Shown here piece after piece: positions 11,083 to 22,900 of a stretch of DNA of 64,000 nt; the stretch's first letter is position 1, and each line of letters starts with the position of its first letter. The notes below the pieces were generated by a model. The model saw nothing but the letters and a program-made list of their open reading frames with translations. It made no database searches and was not told where the DNA came from. A program made the position numbers and the translations under genes. Origin of the DNA: Chiloscyllium plagiosum (Eukaryota). The stretch lies in NCBI RefSeq assembly GCF_004010195.1, contig NC_057719.1:66584066-66648065 (forward strand), given 5' to 3'.

Positions 11083-12649
11083 AAAAGGTACTGTTCAATT
11101 TGAGATACCAGTACCAAGATGTAATGACATTTGCAGAGTTGTGAACTGGCACATCGGTACAAAACTTGAAAAAGAATGTCCTATGGAGTTTCACTTGTGG
11201 CAGGTGTGGTTTAGGAAATCAGACACATAATCGTGTGTCCTGGGTTGTGGTGTGCTGCTCGTTGTAACTTTGCAATGTTTTGCATTAAATGAAGGTGCAG
11301 TTCAGGCAAGTGTGATCCTCATTTATTTCAAGTTGTGTTACTCCCAAAACTGCAAGGTTTTGAGTTTCTGCCCTTTTCATGAGCACTTAACTTGGATAAA
11401 ATGGTGATCCTGGAATCTGACTTGCTCAAGCACAGGGAATTCTGTTTCTCTGATGTTGCAACTTTTAAAAAAAGATCTTCTTCATTTACAATGAGATTTT
11501 GGCACATTTTCGTCTGTGCATTTAAGTTTTGTTTTATTGGGAAGGCCAACGTTTTTGACCTTTTAATCTTTCACAGTACTTTCTTCATTATTTTCCATTT
11601 AAGTTGCAACGGACTGAGTAGTAAAGGTCCCCTGTTCTAATTTGCATGATTTTTAGATGAGAAAGTGGAGTTCATGAGAGGATAAATGCTTAATCTGTTG
11701 TTCTGAAATTGCTATTTTACGTAGTGATGTTAAACAATTTATTTTAAAAGGGCTGACCCCAGATTTTCTCAGCTGCTCCAATGGATTCACATATAACTTT
11801 GCCAGGAGTTCAATAAAACAACTAAATATTTGATTTGAATTTTAATAAGACAATCCATGCCTTTGTATCCAAGTGTTTGGGATACCATTGAGAGAGAAAA
11901 ATATCTGTCTGTCTATATAAAGTCATTAACATAAGAGACTAAAGTTGGAGCACAAATTAAGGATAAATATAGAAGTTCACATATCCTAAGCTTTTTTTAG
12001 GGCTTGCCATATAGTCAGTGCAGGTACTCAATTATTTTGGACATAGGAAAATTCCCCTAGTGATTTTTCGAAACCAACCTGAGAGACTCTGGGACTGTGA
12101 CAAAGCCTGGCTCCTTGAGAATGTTGCTGTGTACTTAATTTTATTTTGTAAGAAGCCTCAATTATATCTGAAAAGTGGGTAGGTGTGACACAAGACCCCC
12201 CCTAGTGCCCTAGGGGGACAAGTGCCCTAGCCCACCGAAGGCATTCAAACGAAGGACCTTTCCTTGCTTTGTGAATTTAATAGAGTCCATAGCAGAGTTC
12301 CATGGAGTGCCACCACATTTTTGGGAACTGTTAACCTCTTTGCTGAATCTGTAGACCGGAATTTCAGATAAATGATTTTTGTTTTTAGTTGCCAATTTCC
12401 TACAAAGGTATTTTTGTTTTTTATGTGAATAGCTTATGTTTTGTTAAATGGAAAGTAAAGCTTGAAAGAAAATGTGTGTGCCAGTGGTAGGCTGTTTAAA
12501 CAAAAAGCTATGTGCTCTTTGATAAGTCAACAAAAATAGTGTGCCTTTCGTGGTCAACTGATAAACAATAGAAAATTACAAGAAAAATAAATTGTTTTGC
12601 ACATAATATTCAGTGTTAATTTACCACACATCTTTATTTATTGTTTTAG

Positions 12650-12709
12650 GATAATCGAATTAGTCTTGTGGATTTTGTTGCATCCTATTATTTGCATCAT
12701 TTTGACAAG
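12650..12709 (+). CDS. FMN1: Formin-1 FH2 exon, 60 nt, phase 0/0
   Basis: ttgttttAG|GAT...AAG|GTaatt. Translates DNRISLVDFVASYYLHHFDK, continuing the previous exon in frame; matches the recalled FMN1 segment DNGINLVDYVVKYYLRYYDQ. Too short for the ORF track. Confidence 0.92.
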
Positions 12710-14116
12710 GTAATTAATCTTTCTTTGAGCTTTTGTCAAATAGACTTTCTATTTGAAAGTAATGTACTCTAGATGAAATAATTATTCCATCAACTTCCTT
12801 TTGAATATTACTTTTACTTGCTAGTTGTTTTCTTATTAAATCAATATTTTCTGAAAAAAAGTGTATGAACTAGTAAAGCCTTCAGTAGAAGTACTTTTTA
12901 AAGTAAGTATCAAATTAGCTTGATATAAATTGGAGAGGATTCCAGGTGTATTGCTTCACTGATAATTGGGAAACAGATTTGACTTGTTTTGAGTTATTTC
13001 TCTTTAAGCATTGAGAACTGAAATGTTCCCATTTCTGTATAATTGTTGCTATAACAGACTCAAATGAAACTGGGCATATACCAACAAATCTCTGTCAACT
13101 CTGGCATTATTTCAGCTGCATGTTTGAGTAGGTAGTTTAGTAGTGAGGTAGGAAAACTCCAGATGTTTCACATTTAGAAGGGAGTGCGTTAAAAGGGGCC
13201 CAACAAATCTTGAAGTCTTTGCAAAGATCCTCCTGGTATCTCAACTCATTATCATCGCAAAGGTACAAAAGACAAAGAGAAAGTTAAAGCACAGGAAAAT
13301 CGAGGTGTCAATGAGTGTCTGCAAACCAGGACTAGTGCAGCCAGGTGTGCCGATGCATTACTTTGAGGCTGTAGATCTGACCAAGCATGGCTAATTGGGT
13401 AATGCTGACTCTGAGCCACATATAGTGATGCCTTTAGTACCTACTGAGAACAAATGTCATGTTGGTTTGTAATGTTTCTGTGGAAATAGCTAATACTCTA
13501 ATTGGCATTAACAGAACAAGCTACTGAGTCTTCTGTTCCTGCTTCCTTTGAGAAAAGAATTTCCATCAGGATTAATTGTATAGGAAAGTGAGATATTTTC
13601 ACCTCTCCTAATGGATGTGGGTGCTTCGGTATTGATTGATCTCTTTCTGCTGCCTGCCCTGCCTAGCGTACTTCCATTGATACTCCAGACATACCATGAA
13701 GGGGATACTCCTTAGGAAATCCATTGGTGCCACAAAGAAATTGGTTACGTAGTTAATACAATGGTCAGAACATTGTTGCTGACCAGAGAAAAACAATATT
13801 GGTTAATAAATGTATGAAGCACACAACTTTACAATGCAATGCCCTTGACATATGTTAAATGGTGCTCACCATGAATTTCAAATTGATAGTTCTTTACCAG
13901 GAACTTTAAACACCATAATTATGTGAAGTGATGTGCCAAGATTGATGACAACCACAAAAGACAATTAAAATTAAGTGTCACCACATTCCCACCATAATAG
14001 TTCCACTGGGAAATCCATCATTACCACAAACCTATTTCTGACCATGAATTAAATGTTAGGAAGCGAGAAAAATTACGCCTCTGTATCTCTGCACTGATAT
14101 TACACAAAATTACACC

Positions 14117-14450
14117 TGGTAGTTAGCACTGTTGCCTGACAGCACCAGGGACCCAGGTTTGATTCCAGTCTTGGGTGACTGTGTAGAGTTTGCATGTTCT
14201 CCCCATGTCTGCATGGGTTTCCACTGGGTGCTCCAGTTTCATCCCACAATCCAAAGATGTGCAGGATAGCTGGATTGGCCACACTAAGTTGCCCATAGTG
14301 TCCAGGCATGTGTAGCTAGGTGAATTAGCTATGGTAAATTCAGGATTATGGTGATAGGCTAAGGGTCTCGTCCTGGGTGGGATAGTTTTTGCAGTGTTGC
14401 TGCCGACTTGGTGAGCCAAACAGCCTCTTTCCATACTGTAGGGATTCAGT
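14117..14450 (+). mobile_element. HE1-type V-SINE (older, CpG-decayed)
   Basis: Colinear with the 8274 copy; ends about 35 bp before the exon at 14488. Confidence 0.85.
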
Positions 14451-14487
14451 GACAAATATTAACAATTCTTTTCTCATTTCTTAACAG

Positions 14488-14608
14488 GATGCAGGAACAG
14501 ACAAGAGTGTATATCCTCTACCAGAACCTCAGGAGTTAATGCGCGCCTCACAAGTTAAATTTGAGGATCTCACTAAGGATCTTAGGAAGTTGAAAAAAGA
14601 CCTGGAAG
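14488..14608 (+). CDS. FMN1: Formin-1 FH2 exon, 121 nt, phase 0/1
   Basis: Pyrimidine tract + ttaacAG|GAT; donor G|GTattg. Translates [40 protein letters not shown], with the PLPEPQ and SQVKFEDL formin signatures. Confidence 0.94.
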
Positions 14609-17599
14609 GTATTGCAGCTTTTAACCATGTAAAACATTAAATGTTTCCAAGTATTGTAAAATAAGAAAATGAACTGATTAACCATGGTGTTTATGTTGGG
14701 GTAGAAGTTCCTGTGTAGTTGTATTCAGGAATACGAGTAACTGAGGAATAAAGCAATTAGCCAACATTAAAATTGAACAAATCTGAGAGAAAGGGAATTC
14801 CACCTCCTGTATCATTATGCTATGCTTGAATGTTCTCAACACATTAAATCCACCTCTTTCTGTCAGCACTGAAACAGAATAATGGCTGCCTTGCCATGGT
14901 AAAGAGTTGTGCATAATCAATTCTGCCAGTGCAGCTTCAAAATAAAATTATGACCAGCATCTTGGGTGCAAGAGGAAAATAATCATGTTTATAGCAATTT
15001 TGAAGGTTTGGATTTTTTTTTTAATTGAAATCTACATTGAATTTTCTGTTTCTGTGTGCTGAATTTTCCCTTTAATTTTGGCAAAGTGTTTTGTTGACAT
15101 CCAGTCTGTAATGAGGCATGTTGCCCTTTCACATGCGATCATCCACTCTTCGTTCTATTAGTTAGGCAACTCACCTCTTCAGCACCCATCTTGTGGAATT
15201 GTACAGCAGGAGAGGGAAAAGTGCTTCACAGTGTTCTTACCATGGGCACCATCTTTAGATCTCAGCTCCACAGCAACTCTGAGGCTACAAGTCCAGAAGT
15301 GCCCCTCACACTCTGGTGCTCCACCATTATTATCAAGCGCATGGCCCAGAAAGGAACGCTCACACGCTGCTGCATCAACACTGACCAGGAGGATGAAGCC
15401 AGGAACCTTGACAGCCTCCAATAAGTTGAAGTGAGCGAGTGCTCAGAAGTTAAGCCAGGAGCAATAAGATAGAAGAATTACTTTGTGCACAAGGACACAA
15501 GCACAACATGCCAGAAGCACGAAAACGTCATAAATCTGCTGAACTGCAAAATTAAGCGCTAAAGAACAAACATTGTCAGCCAAATCTTGCAGGAGCAACG
15601 TGAATTATAATAAGATGTGTGGCAGATTCAGGTGCTTTGTGTGGTGAGGCCCATCTCAATGTCAGTTCACTCGATCTGTCATGCTTTTTCACAAGTGGAG
15701 AGATTCTTGCGAGGCATCGGTGAAATGCCAATTGACACTCATTATTATTCGTTATTCACCTTGTTAATGCCACAACTCATCTCATCAACACTCAGACATT
15801 CATCTTACCAAACTCACCAAATGAATGTCAATGAATGATTTGTGGGTTTTAGCTTTAATTTTCGTTGTTAGAGAAGAAAATATACTGAATCCAGTCCGTC
15901 CCTCTGCCTTTGTTTGCACTGATTTTACTTGGTTTACTATCCGGAAACTACGATCAGTTAGAGAGGAAATTTAGACATAAATTGAGGTGAGCAAATCTGA
16001 TGCAGGAGTAGGTGTTACTTTGAGCATGGTTTGATATTGTAATGCTGACATTCAAAAAAAAATCTTATAATTAAAAAAAGTAAAGTCTGTACATACTTTA
16101 CACAGGTAATTTTCATATAATCGTAACAGTAATGTTGATAAACATTAATATTGGGACTTCTTTTGTCAATTATGTTTTGAAGTAACATTTGAAAGCTTCT
16201 CTGAGAAAGAGTTTAGGCTGAAGGCGCAGCAAAATTAACGACGTGTTCAGTTAAGTTGAAGCCTTGACCAGACTTCTGCTATATGCTTTTGAGAATAAAT
16301 TTGTAAAATGATATATGGAACAATAATAAAATAATCATTTAAAAAAAAAAACATTTTTGTTGATCCCAAACAGAGTGGTGGAAATCATCAGTTGATGTTT
16401 GTTCAACTGAGAGACACAGGAATGTTCTTATCTTCTCTCATCCCTTGGCTCCCATAGAACCCTTGCCCTGCCCTCTCTATTGGTAGCTTGTGCAGAAATC
16501 TGATCTGTGTTTGATCTCGTCTCCCCTGTCAGCATGTTTCCAACATTACGTGTAGCTACTGTGTCCCTCAGACCTACATGTATGCAACATCCACAATTAA
16601 ATTATAATTTAAAAAGATAAATGGGTCTTAATTGATATGATATTTCAGCTTGTGGTCATTGTGCTTAAAACCTTTTATTTAAGTTAATCTGTTCTGATTT
16701 AAAAATGGATAGCATTTTGTGAAACCCAATATCAAAATAGGTTGCGAAACTGCAAAAGTTTTAAATTGGTAAAATTGAACCTATTTGTATACATGTCATA
16801 TTCAGTAAAAAAAAATCTTAAATTGTACCCAGATTTAAGTTTCATTTAGTGTACGATTTTCACATTTTACAGTCATTTTAATTTATTGTGGCCATTAAAA
16901 GGTTGTGGCTGCTGGCAAAATATCAGTGAAACTCTTAAGCGAAACCAGATGTGATTAGAGACTGACTCCCAAGAAGCATCAGGCTCAGCTATCCAGACAG
17001 ACCCATTGGCTTCAGATGTGAATGATTTAAATAATATTAACTTGTGTTGCACCTACTACAGCGTGCAGAAGATTTATTTTACGGTTTGGTGTTCTGAATG
17101 TTCTGTGTGTCAATTCTGTAAAGATATTTGTCAAACTGCTAAAGGAAGTAATTATAAGATTTGTTTTTAAAATATGCTGAAGGATTGTAACCAGTCTTCA
17201 AAGTTGTCATTTTTACTTCCCAATACAACAGCCAGCGAAAGCATGAAAAGAAAACCCTTTCCTCCTATATTGTAGCTATTTCCTAACACTATGTCAACTC
17301 TTTGTACTAGCTAAATTGCTTGACCTCTTGGTCTGTCACTTCGGTGAGCAGCTCCCCAGCTAAGACAATGTTAAGTAGTGAGTGACTAAGATGGTTTCCT
17401 GAGGGTATAGAAACTTCTCTCAGCAAAGTAGCTATTCTTGAGGGAATGTCTTCCAGCAGTCATTCCTCAACTGAGAGAGAGAGGACAGGTCCATGTTTGA
17501 AACACTCTCAGGCAGAAATAAAAGCATTTGAAACGGGGATAGAAATAAGCCACTGGGTATCTCAAGCCTGTGTTATCATTCAATAATATATTAACTGAG

Positions 17600-18790
17600 T
17601 TACGTTATCCCCCTTAGCCTTCAGAATCAGAAATACTCTTCATCTTTGTCTTGAATGTAATTAATGACTGCTTATCCACATCTTTCAAAGGAAAGAATTT
17701 CAAATGCTAAATGTTGCTTTGAAGAAATCTCTCCTCTTCTCAGTCATAAATGGTCAAATCCATATTCTGAGATTGTGGCCCATAGTTCTAGACTTCTAAC
17801 CAGAGGAAACATCTTCCTGGCATTAACCCTGTCAAGCCTCTTGAGAATTCTGTATGCTTTAATGTGAGCATTTTCATTCTTCTGAACTCCAGGCATTCAT
17901 TTACTCAGTTTAACATAGAATGATCCATTTATCCCAGGAATCTTCGTTGCACACTCTCAAGGAAAGTATAAACTTCTTGAGTTAAGGAGGTCAAAATGTA
18001 CACAATATCACAGGTGAATCTCACCTTGGTCCTATACAGTTGCAGTGGCGCATCATTACTCTTGTATTTCAATCCCGTTATGATAAAGAATGATGTAATT
18101 GATTTGTAATGTTATAATTTGTGTTTGAGGATCCCTCTGAATACTAGATTTTCTAGTTTATTTCTAAAAGAGAGCTTTCTTATTTTTCTTATAAAAGTAA
18201 GTAGGTTTACGTTTCTCCACATTGTATGTCATCCACGTTACTTAATCTTTGGAGCTCTCTTCACGTTGTTCTTGCCAATTATTTTGCCACTTAGCTTTTT
18301 ATCATCAGCACCCTTAAATACATTCTATTTGATCCTGTCATCTAAGTTATTGATGTATGTCATAAATATCTACGGCCAAAGCACCAACCTTGTGTTACCC
18401 ACTAGTTACAGGGAGGCCAAAGCTAAAATGACCTCCCTCTTCCTATTCTCAGTTTTCTTACCATTAACCAATGGTAGTACATGCTAATATATTTCTTGAG
18501 CTGTAATTCTGTATAATCACCTACTGTGTGGCACTTTAGTGAGTGCAATTTGAAAATCCAAATACATCAAGTGTTTTCCAATATTTGCATGCTACTACTA
18601 CTTATAATCTTAAAACACTTTAAATTATTTTTTTTTTAAAACTCTTTTATTAATCCATGTTGACTTTGTCTCATCATGTAAATATTTATTTAGTACCTCC
18701 ATTATTGCAGTTATACTAATGTTTTCTAACACTTTATCGACTGTTCAGTGTCAGGCTAATGGCCCTATGGTTCCTATTGGAGGCATGATG
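17600..18790 (-). mobile_element. Highly decayed CR1 LINE
   Basis: Patchy similarity to the CR1 copy at 32623-33725 (e.g. gaggaaacatcttcctggcattaaccctgtcaagcctcttgagaatt). Confidence 0.6.
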
Positions 18791-19489
18791 TTCAAGTTGA
18801 GTAGCATTTTATCTAGTGAACTGGTATGTCTTAACTGTCAACTTCTTATGACCTCAGCTTTCTCTTTTGTGCAAACATTAGATTTTCAATACTGATGTCC
18901 TTGATCATGAAACATTTCCCTGAGACTGATTATTCCTAACCTTTTTCTTTACATGGTAGCATGCAATGTAAATGGAATTTGACCACTGGGCACAATTGTG
19001 TCCACCCACGTAAACTCATATGTTCCATAATAGTGAGTCAGAGGTGCTTTCTCCCTTTTAACAATCCCTTTACTTGATATAGAAATGGGCAAGAGAGCTT
19101 AGTGGAGGCAGATTCAATAATGGCTTTCAAAAGGCCATTGGGTAATTATTTATAGAGTAAACATTTGCAGGTCTACAAGGAAAAGGGTTGAGAATGGAAT
19201 TGGCTCAGTTGCATTTGTAGTGGGCTGCCACAAACAAGGTTGGCTGTAGACCTTTATGTGCCTTTGTTGTCCATTTACATGGGTTTGAGAATGGAGCCAT
19301 GACCTATGCTATGCATAAATGACTTCTGTCACCCAGTAACCAAACACTGATCAGTAATGGTGCTTCGCAGTCATGCACAAAGGATCATTGTAAAATGAAG
19401 TAGTTGTGGTTACCATCATGGTAATGCCATTCCTCTGATGAGACAATGCTCATTGACACATATCAAATGCACTCTGAAGGATCATTAGC

Positions 19490-19960
19490 CTGACACTCGA
19501 CAATTCATCAAAATTGCCAAGTTCCTGTGAGGTGCACGTAAAGCAATCTTTGTGTTGTCAAGTACATTATGTACAGAGGGGAAGGCTGCAATTGAAACAA
19601 GTTCTTGTGCTTATTCTGCCTGTTTGTCTCTGGTAAGAAGGAATGAGGTGAAGTTTTTGAATAGAGAAACTCAATGGCCTCTCTTACTGAGCACTGTAGT
19701 GCAAGCTGCAAGATTTTATTCATAGCAGCAGGACTGCCCTGGAAGGTGACAGCCACATAAACGCTAAGACATTCAATCATTTAGCTCCCTCAAGAATGCA
19801 GTCTTTGCATTATTTTGAGGTTTCAGTCAACAATAATTGGCACACTTTAGTGAAAGCATCGTTCCAAACATGAAGCCAACTGAATCATTTGTCCTTGCTG
19901 ATATTAAGGTAAAAGGACTGCTCCATAGAGCTTTGGATAGATATGCCATCGTGTTGAGCA
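19490..19960 (-). mobile_element. PIF/Harbinger (HARBI1-like) transposase fossil
   Basis: Across frameshifts: EQSFYLNISKDK*..LH..DAFTKVCQLL / PQNNAKTA / LSVYVAVTFQ.....ILQLALQCSVREAIEFLY / IAAFPSVHNVLDNTKIALRAPH.N....MNCR. This is colinear with the recalled Harbinger order SYL..SE.QC.RRLR / LNFYASGSFQ / IAGFP.VQGAIDCTHVALRAP / NRKG. Confidence 0.75.
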
Positions 19961-22900
19961 TGATTCTACTGTCCTCTTCCCTCACCACCCTGCTTGTCCT
20001 CTTCTCTTCATTCTACTAGTCATGTTCAATTCCATGGGGAGTGCTTCCCACAAACATTAGTGTCAGACAACAGCTTGTTTCAGCTTAAGCTTTTAAACCA
20101 CTACAAAAATGCTTCAGCTCCAAAGGTGAAGTCCCTTTAGACTTGAAACAAATGCAACAAAAGTTTGAAGACGCATAGAACTGTAATAGTAGTCAGGAGA
20201 AATAAGCCAGCAACCAACATGTTGGGAGTGCTTCCTTGAAGTAGCGCAGATAAAAAAAAGGTTCTTTGTGCAATTGTATCCATTTTCAGCTCCAGGAGAT
20301 TGAGAGGGCAGTAGTTTGAGAATGACATTTGAAAATGGTAGCACTAGAGACAAAACAAATTACACAATGCTTGACACCATCAGCGCTGACACTCCCACAG
20401 TACCCGCTCCCTCAGCACTGACTCTCCCATGGTGCCCGCTCCCTCATTGCTGAGGTTGGGATATCTGTTTGGCATGGACGAGTTAGACCGAAGGGTCTGT
20501 TTCCATGATGTATATCTCTATGTCTCTATGTTCCACCTGCTCTGGTATTGCTGCTGGTCATTGGATGCATGCACACACTCAAACTACTGGTGCAGGAAGT
20601 GTGCACTTCCGTCAAACACTCAATTTTCAACCAATAAGAGGCCTGTTAGCACCGAAAATGTGAGCATCATGTAGCTGAATTTCTTCCTCTAGCCAGTAGA
20701 AAATGATATCATGTATCAAACTGAAATCTTTGTTAGCAATCACAAAAAATCTCTTTAAATCTGTTCACTCTGTTTCAAAACAGTGCTCATGTTGTTGTCT
20801 TTGATTATTTTACATTAGGCCTTGCCAGAATTTTACTGTTCTCAGTTTGATAAAAACTGGACTGGCGCCTGCAAAATTGACTTATGCAAGCAAATCTGAT
20901 GTTGTAAAGTTAAGGATCTCCCAAATAAATTTTCACGGAGCAAAGAATAATACACAATAATCAGCACTGTATAATGTAAATAATACATTTTGAAATGAAT
21001 CATCCATTTATAGGAAGCATACTTCACAACTAATGCTGTTTAAAGTTCTGTTTGTGTTCTAAATCAATGCTGTTAGTCAGTTCAGATTCTCTGTGCATTC
21101 ATCCTTTTTGTTTTTATTTTCGTACAAAGCTTCCTATCATAAACCTCTTTGACATCATAGATAGTTCCTTATCAAGTTGTTCTTTGATGTCTGTCTGAAT
21201 GAGCATTTAATTACTAAGGAAAATGTTTCGGTTTGTGATACAAATTAAATCACTATTTTACTGTTTACTGTAAATGGTAAGGAATGAGATTCCTGTCAGT
21301 TTCATGCGTAGCATTCCATGTTAGTTGTTAATGATTTCAGTCAGTCATTGTTTAAGATCTGCACAATAGATTCATTCAAGATTTGTGCACAGTAACAAAA
21401 CGATTATCATTTTGATCCTGATAAGCCGTAACCTTTAGATTGGACCCAAGATAATGGAATTATTATGTCTGCAGCTGGCGACAGCTTCTTGAGAATTTTC
21501 TGATTGTAACAGCATTGGAATAAGTAAGGAGAATGATTAAAGAATGTTGTGTAATCTTTGATATTGAGTAATTCACTGAGGATAGCATTGGGAGAGCAGT
21601 AAAAAGCACAGGCATGTCAAGTCACGGCCTTGATTGGCAGCTTCTTAAGAGTGGGGAGTGGGAGGACTCAGTTGTTGTGTGTTGTTTAAGGCAGTGGCTC
21701 GAAAGAGGTCAATAGAACATGGCTGCAGTGGTGGGGATATGAACCCGGCTATGAGGAGAAGAAATTCAGAAGAAAAGATAAACCTTGAGGCAAATGAGTT
21801 TGCCACTTTAAGAACATTATGACTTTAAGTAGACACTGCCAGTTAGCAGCTGAAATGTGATTACCTACAGACTGAGAAAGTGCAGAAGCCATGGAGACAG
21901 TGACGAGGGAAACTCAATAATCCAAAGCCAATTCTTCAACAAGAAGAGGTAAGAAGTACCGAGAAAAAAAGTCTTGAGTTAGAGAGATGAAGAAGAGGCT
22001 GCCATATTTAGAAAAAGGCAGTGGCGGCTCAGTAGGGAACAGGAGAAGTCTTCAGGAGTAAAATTAGTTATCCACAAAGGAAAAGGGGGCAAAGAAAAAC
22101 TTTTGATAAACAGGGCCAAAGCCCTTACTAAAGAAAGGCGAGAGAAAAAAGACTGTTCTCACCTCTCACTATTGCTGTCATCTAGAATCTGCTCAACAAG
22201 GTACAACCGCAATGAACAGTGAAAGTACCAGAAGTTAAATTTATACTGAGCCAGCAGAATTTGGAAAACCTCAGAATTTATCTGACCAATGGAAGAGAAA
22301 ATATAGAAAGATTGAGTGAAAGAGTCCCAACAGAAGAGGAAAAATCAATGGAAACTCAAGATTTAAAAGGACTGAGATGTAGTAAACTGTGATTTCAGTG
22401 GTAAGAGTTATAAAGGCCACAGTCAGAGAACTTTCTTCAAAATGAATGTAAAAGAAACAGCCTAATGTTTTAGACTATGAAAGATGGGGCTATGTCCAGT
22501 TTTCCTGACAAAAATGTGAAATGTCCAGAGTGCCCTTATTTGTGAAGTCGGAGATTTAGGCGGAGGATGAGACAGTGATAAATGTAATATAGTTATACTC
22601 GTGATTGCATAATTATGGAGAAAACTGGCTTGAGGTGAGATGTTGTATCAGATAATGGTTCAGAAGGGGGTAATGTTCATGTTGCATTGACCCTATTCAT
22701 TGGACTGAGATTGGAGACAAGGGGTTCTATCCTAGTTTTCAGAGGGTGCATAATCATTCTGATTCAGCTCCACAGGGTACTAGTAATTATGCATGATTGA
22801 ATCTAGTTGTATTCATTCTTGTCTTCCAGTAAGTCAACTAAGAACTGTTCTTTCTCTGTAAGTATTGTACACTAGTTTATCCTTAATTTATAATCATTAG

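Noticed and set aside
12194..12235. Small CCCCCTAG/CTAGGGGG hairpin and repeated AGTGCCCTAG
   Set aside because: Short, isolated and without supporting context.
15100..15800. GC-richer block with an RFRCL-like snippet, a possible Harbinger C-terminus
   Set aside because: Too degraded to stitch a convincing alignment.
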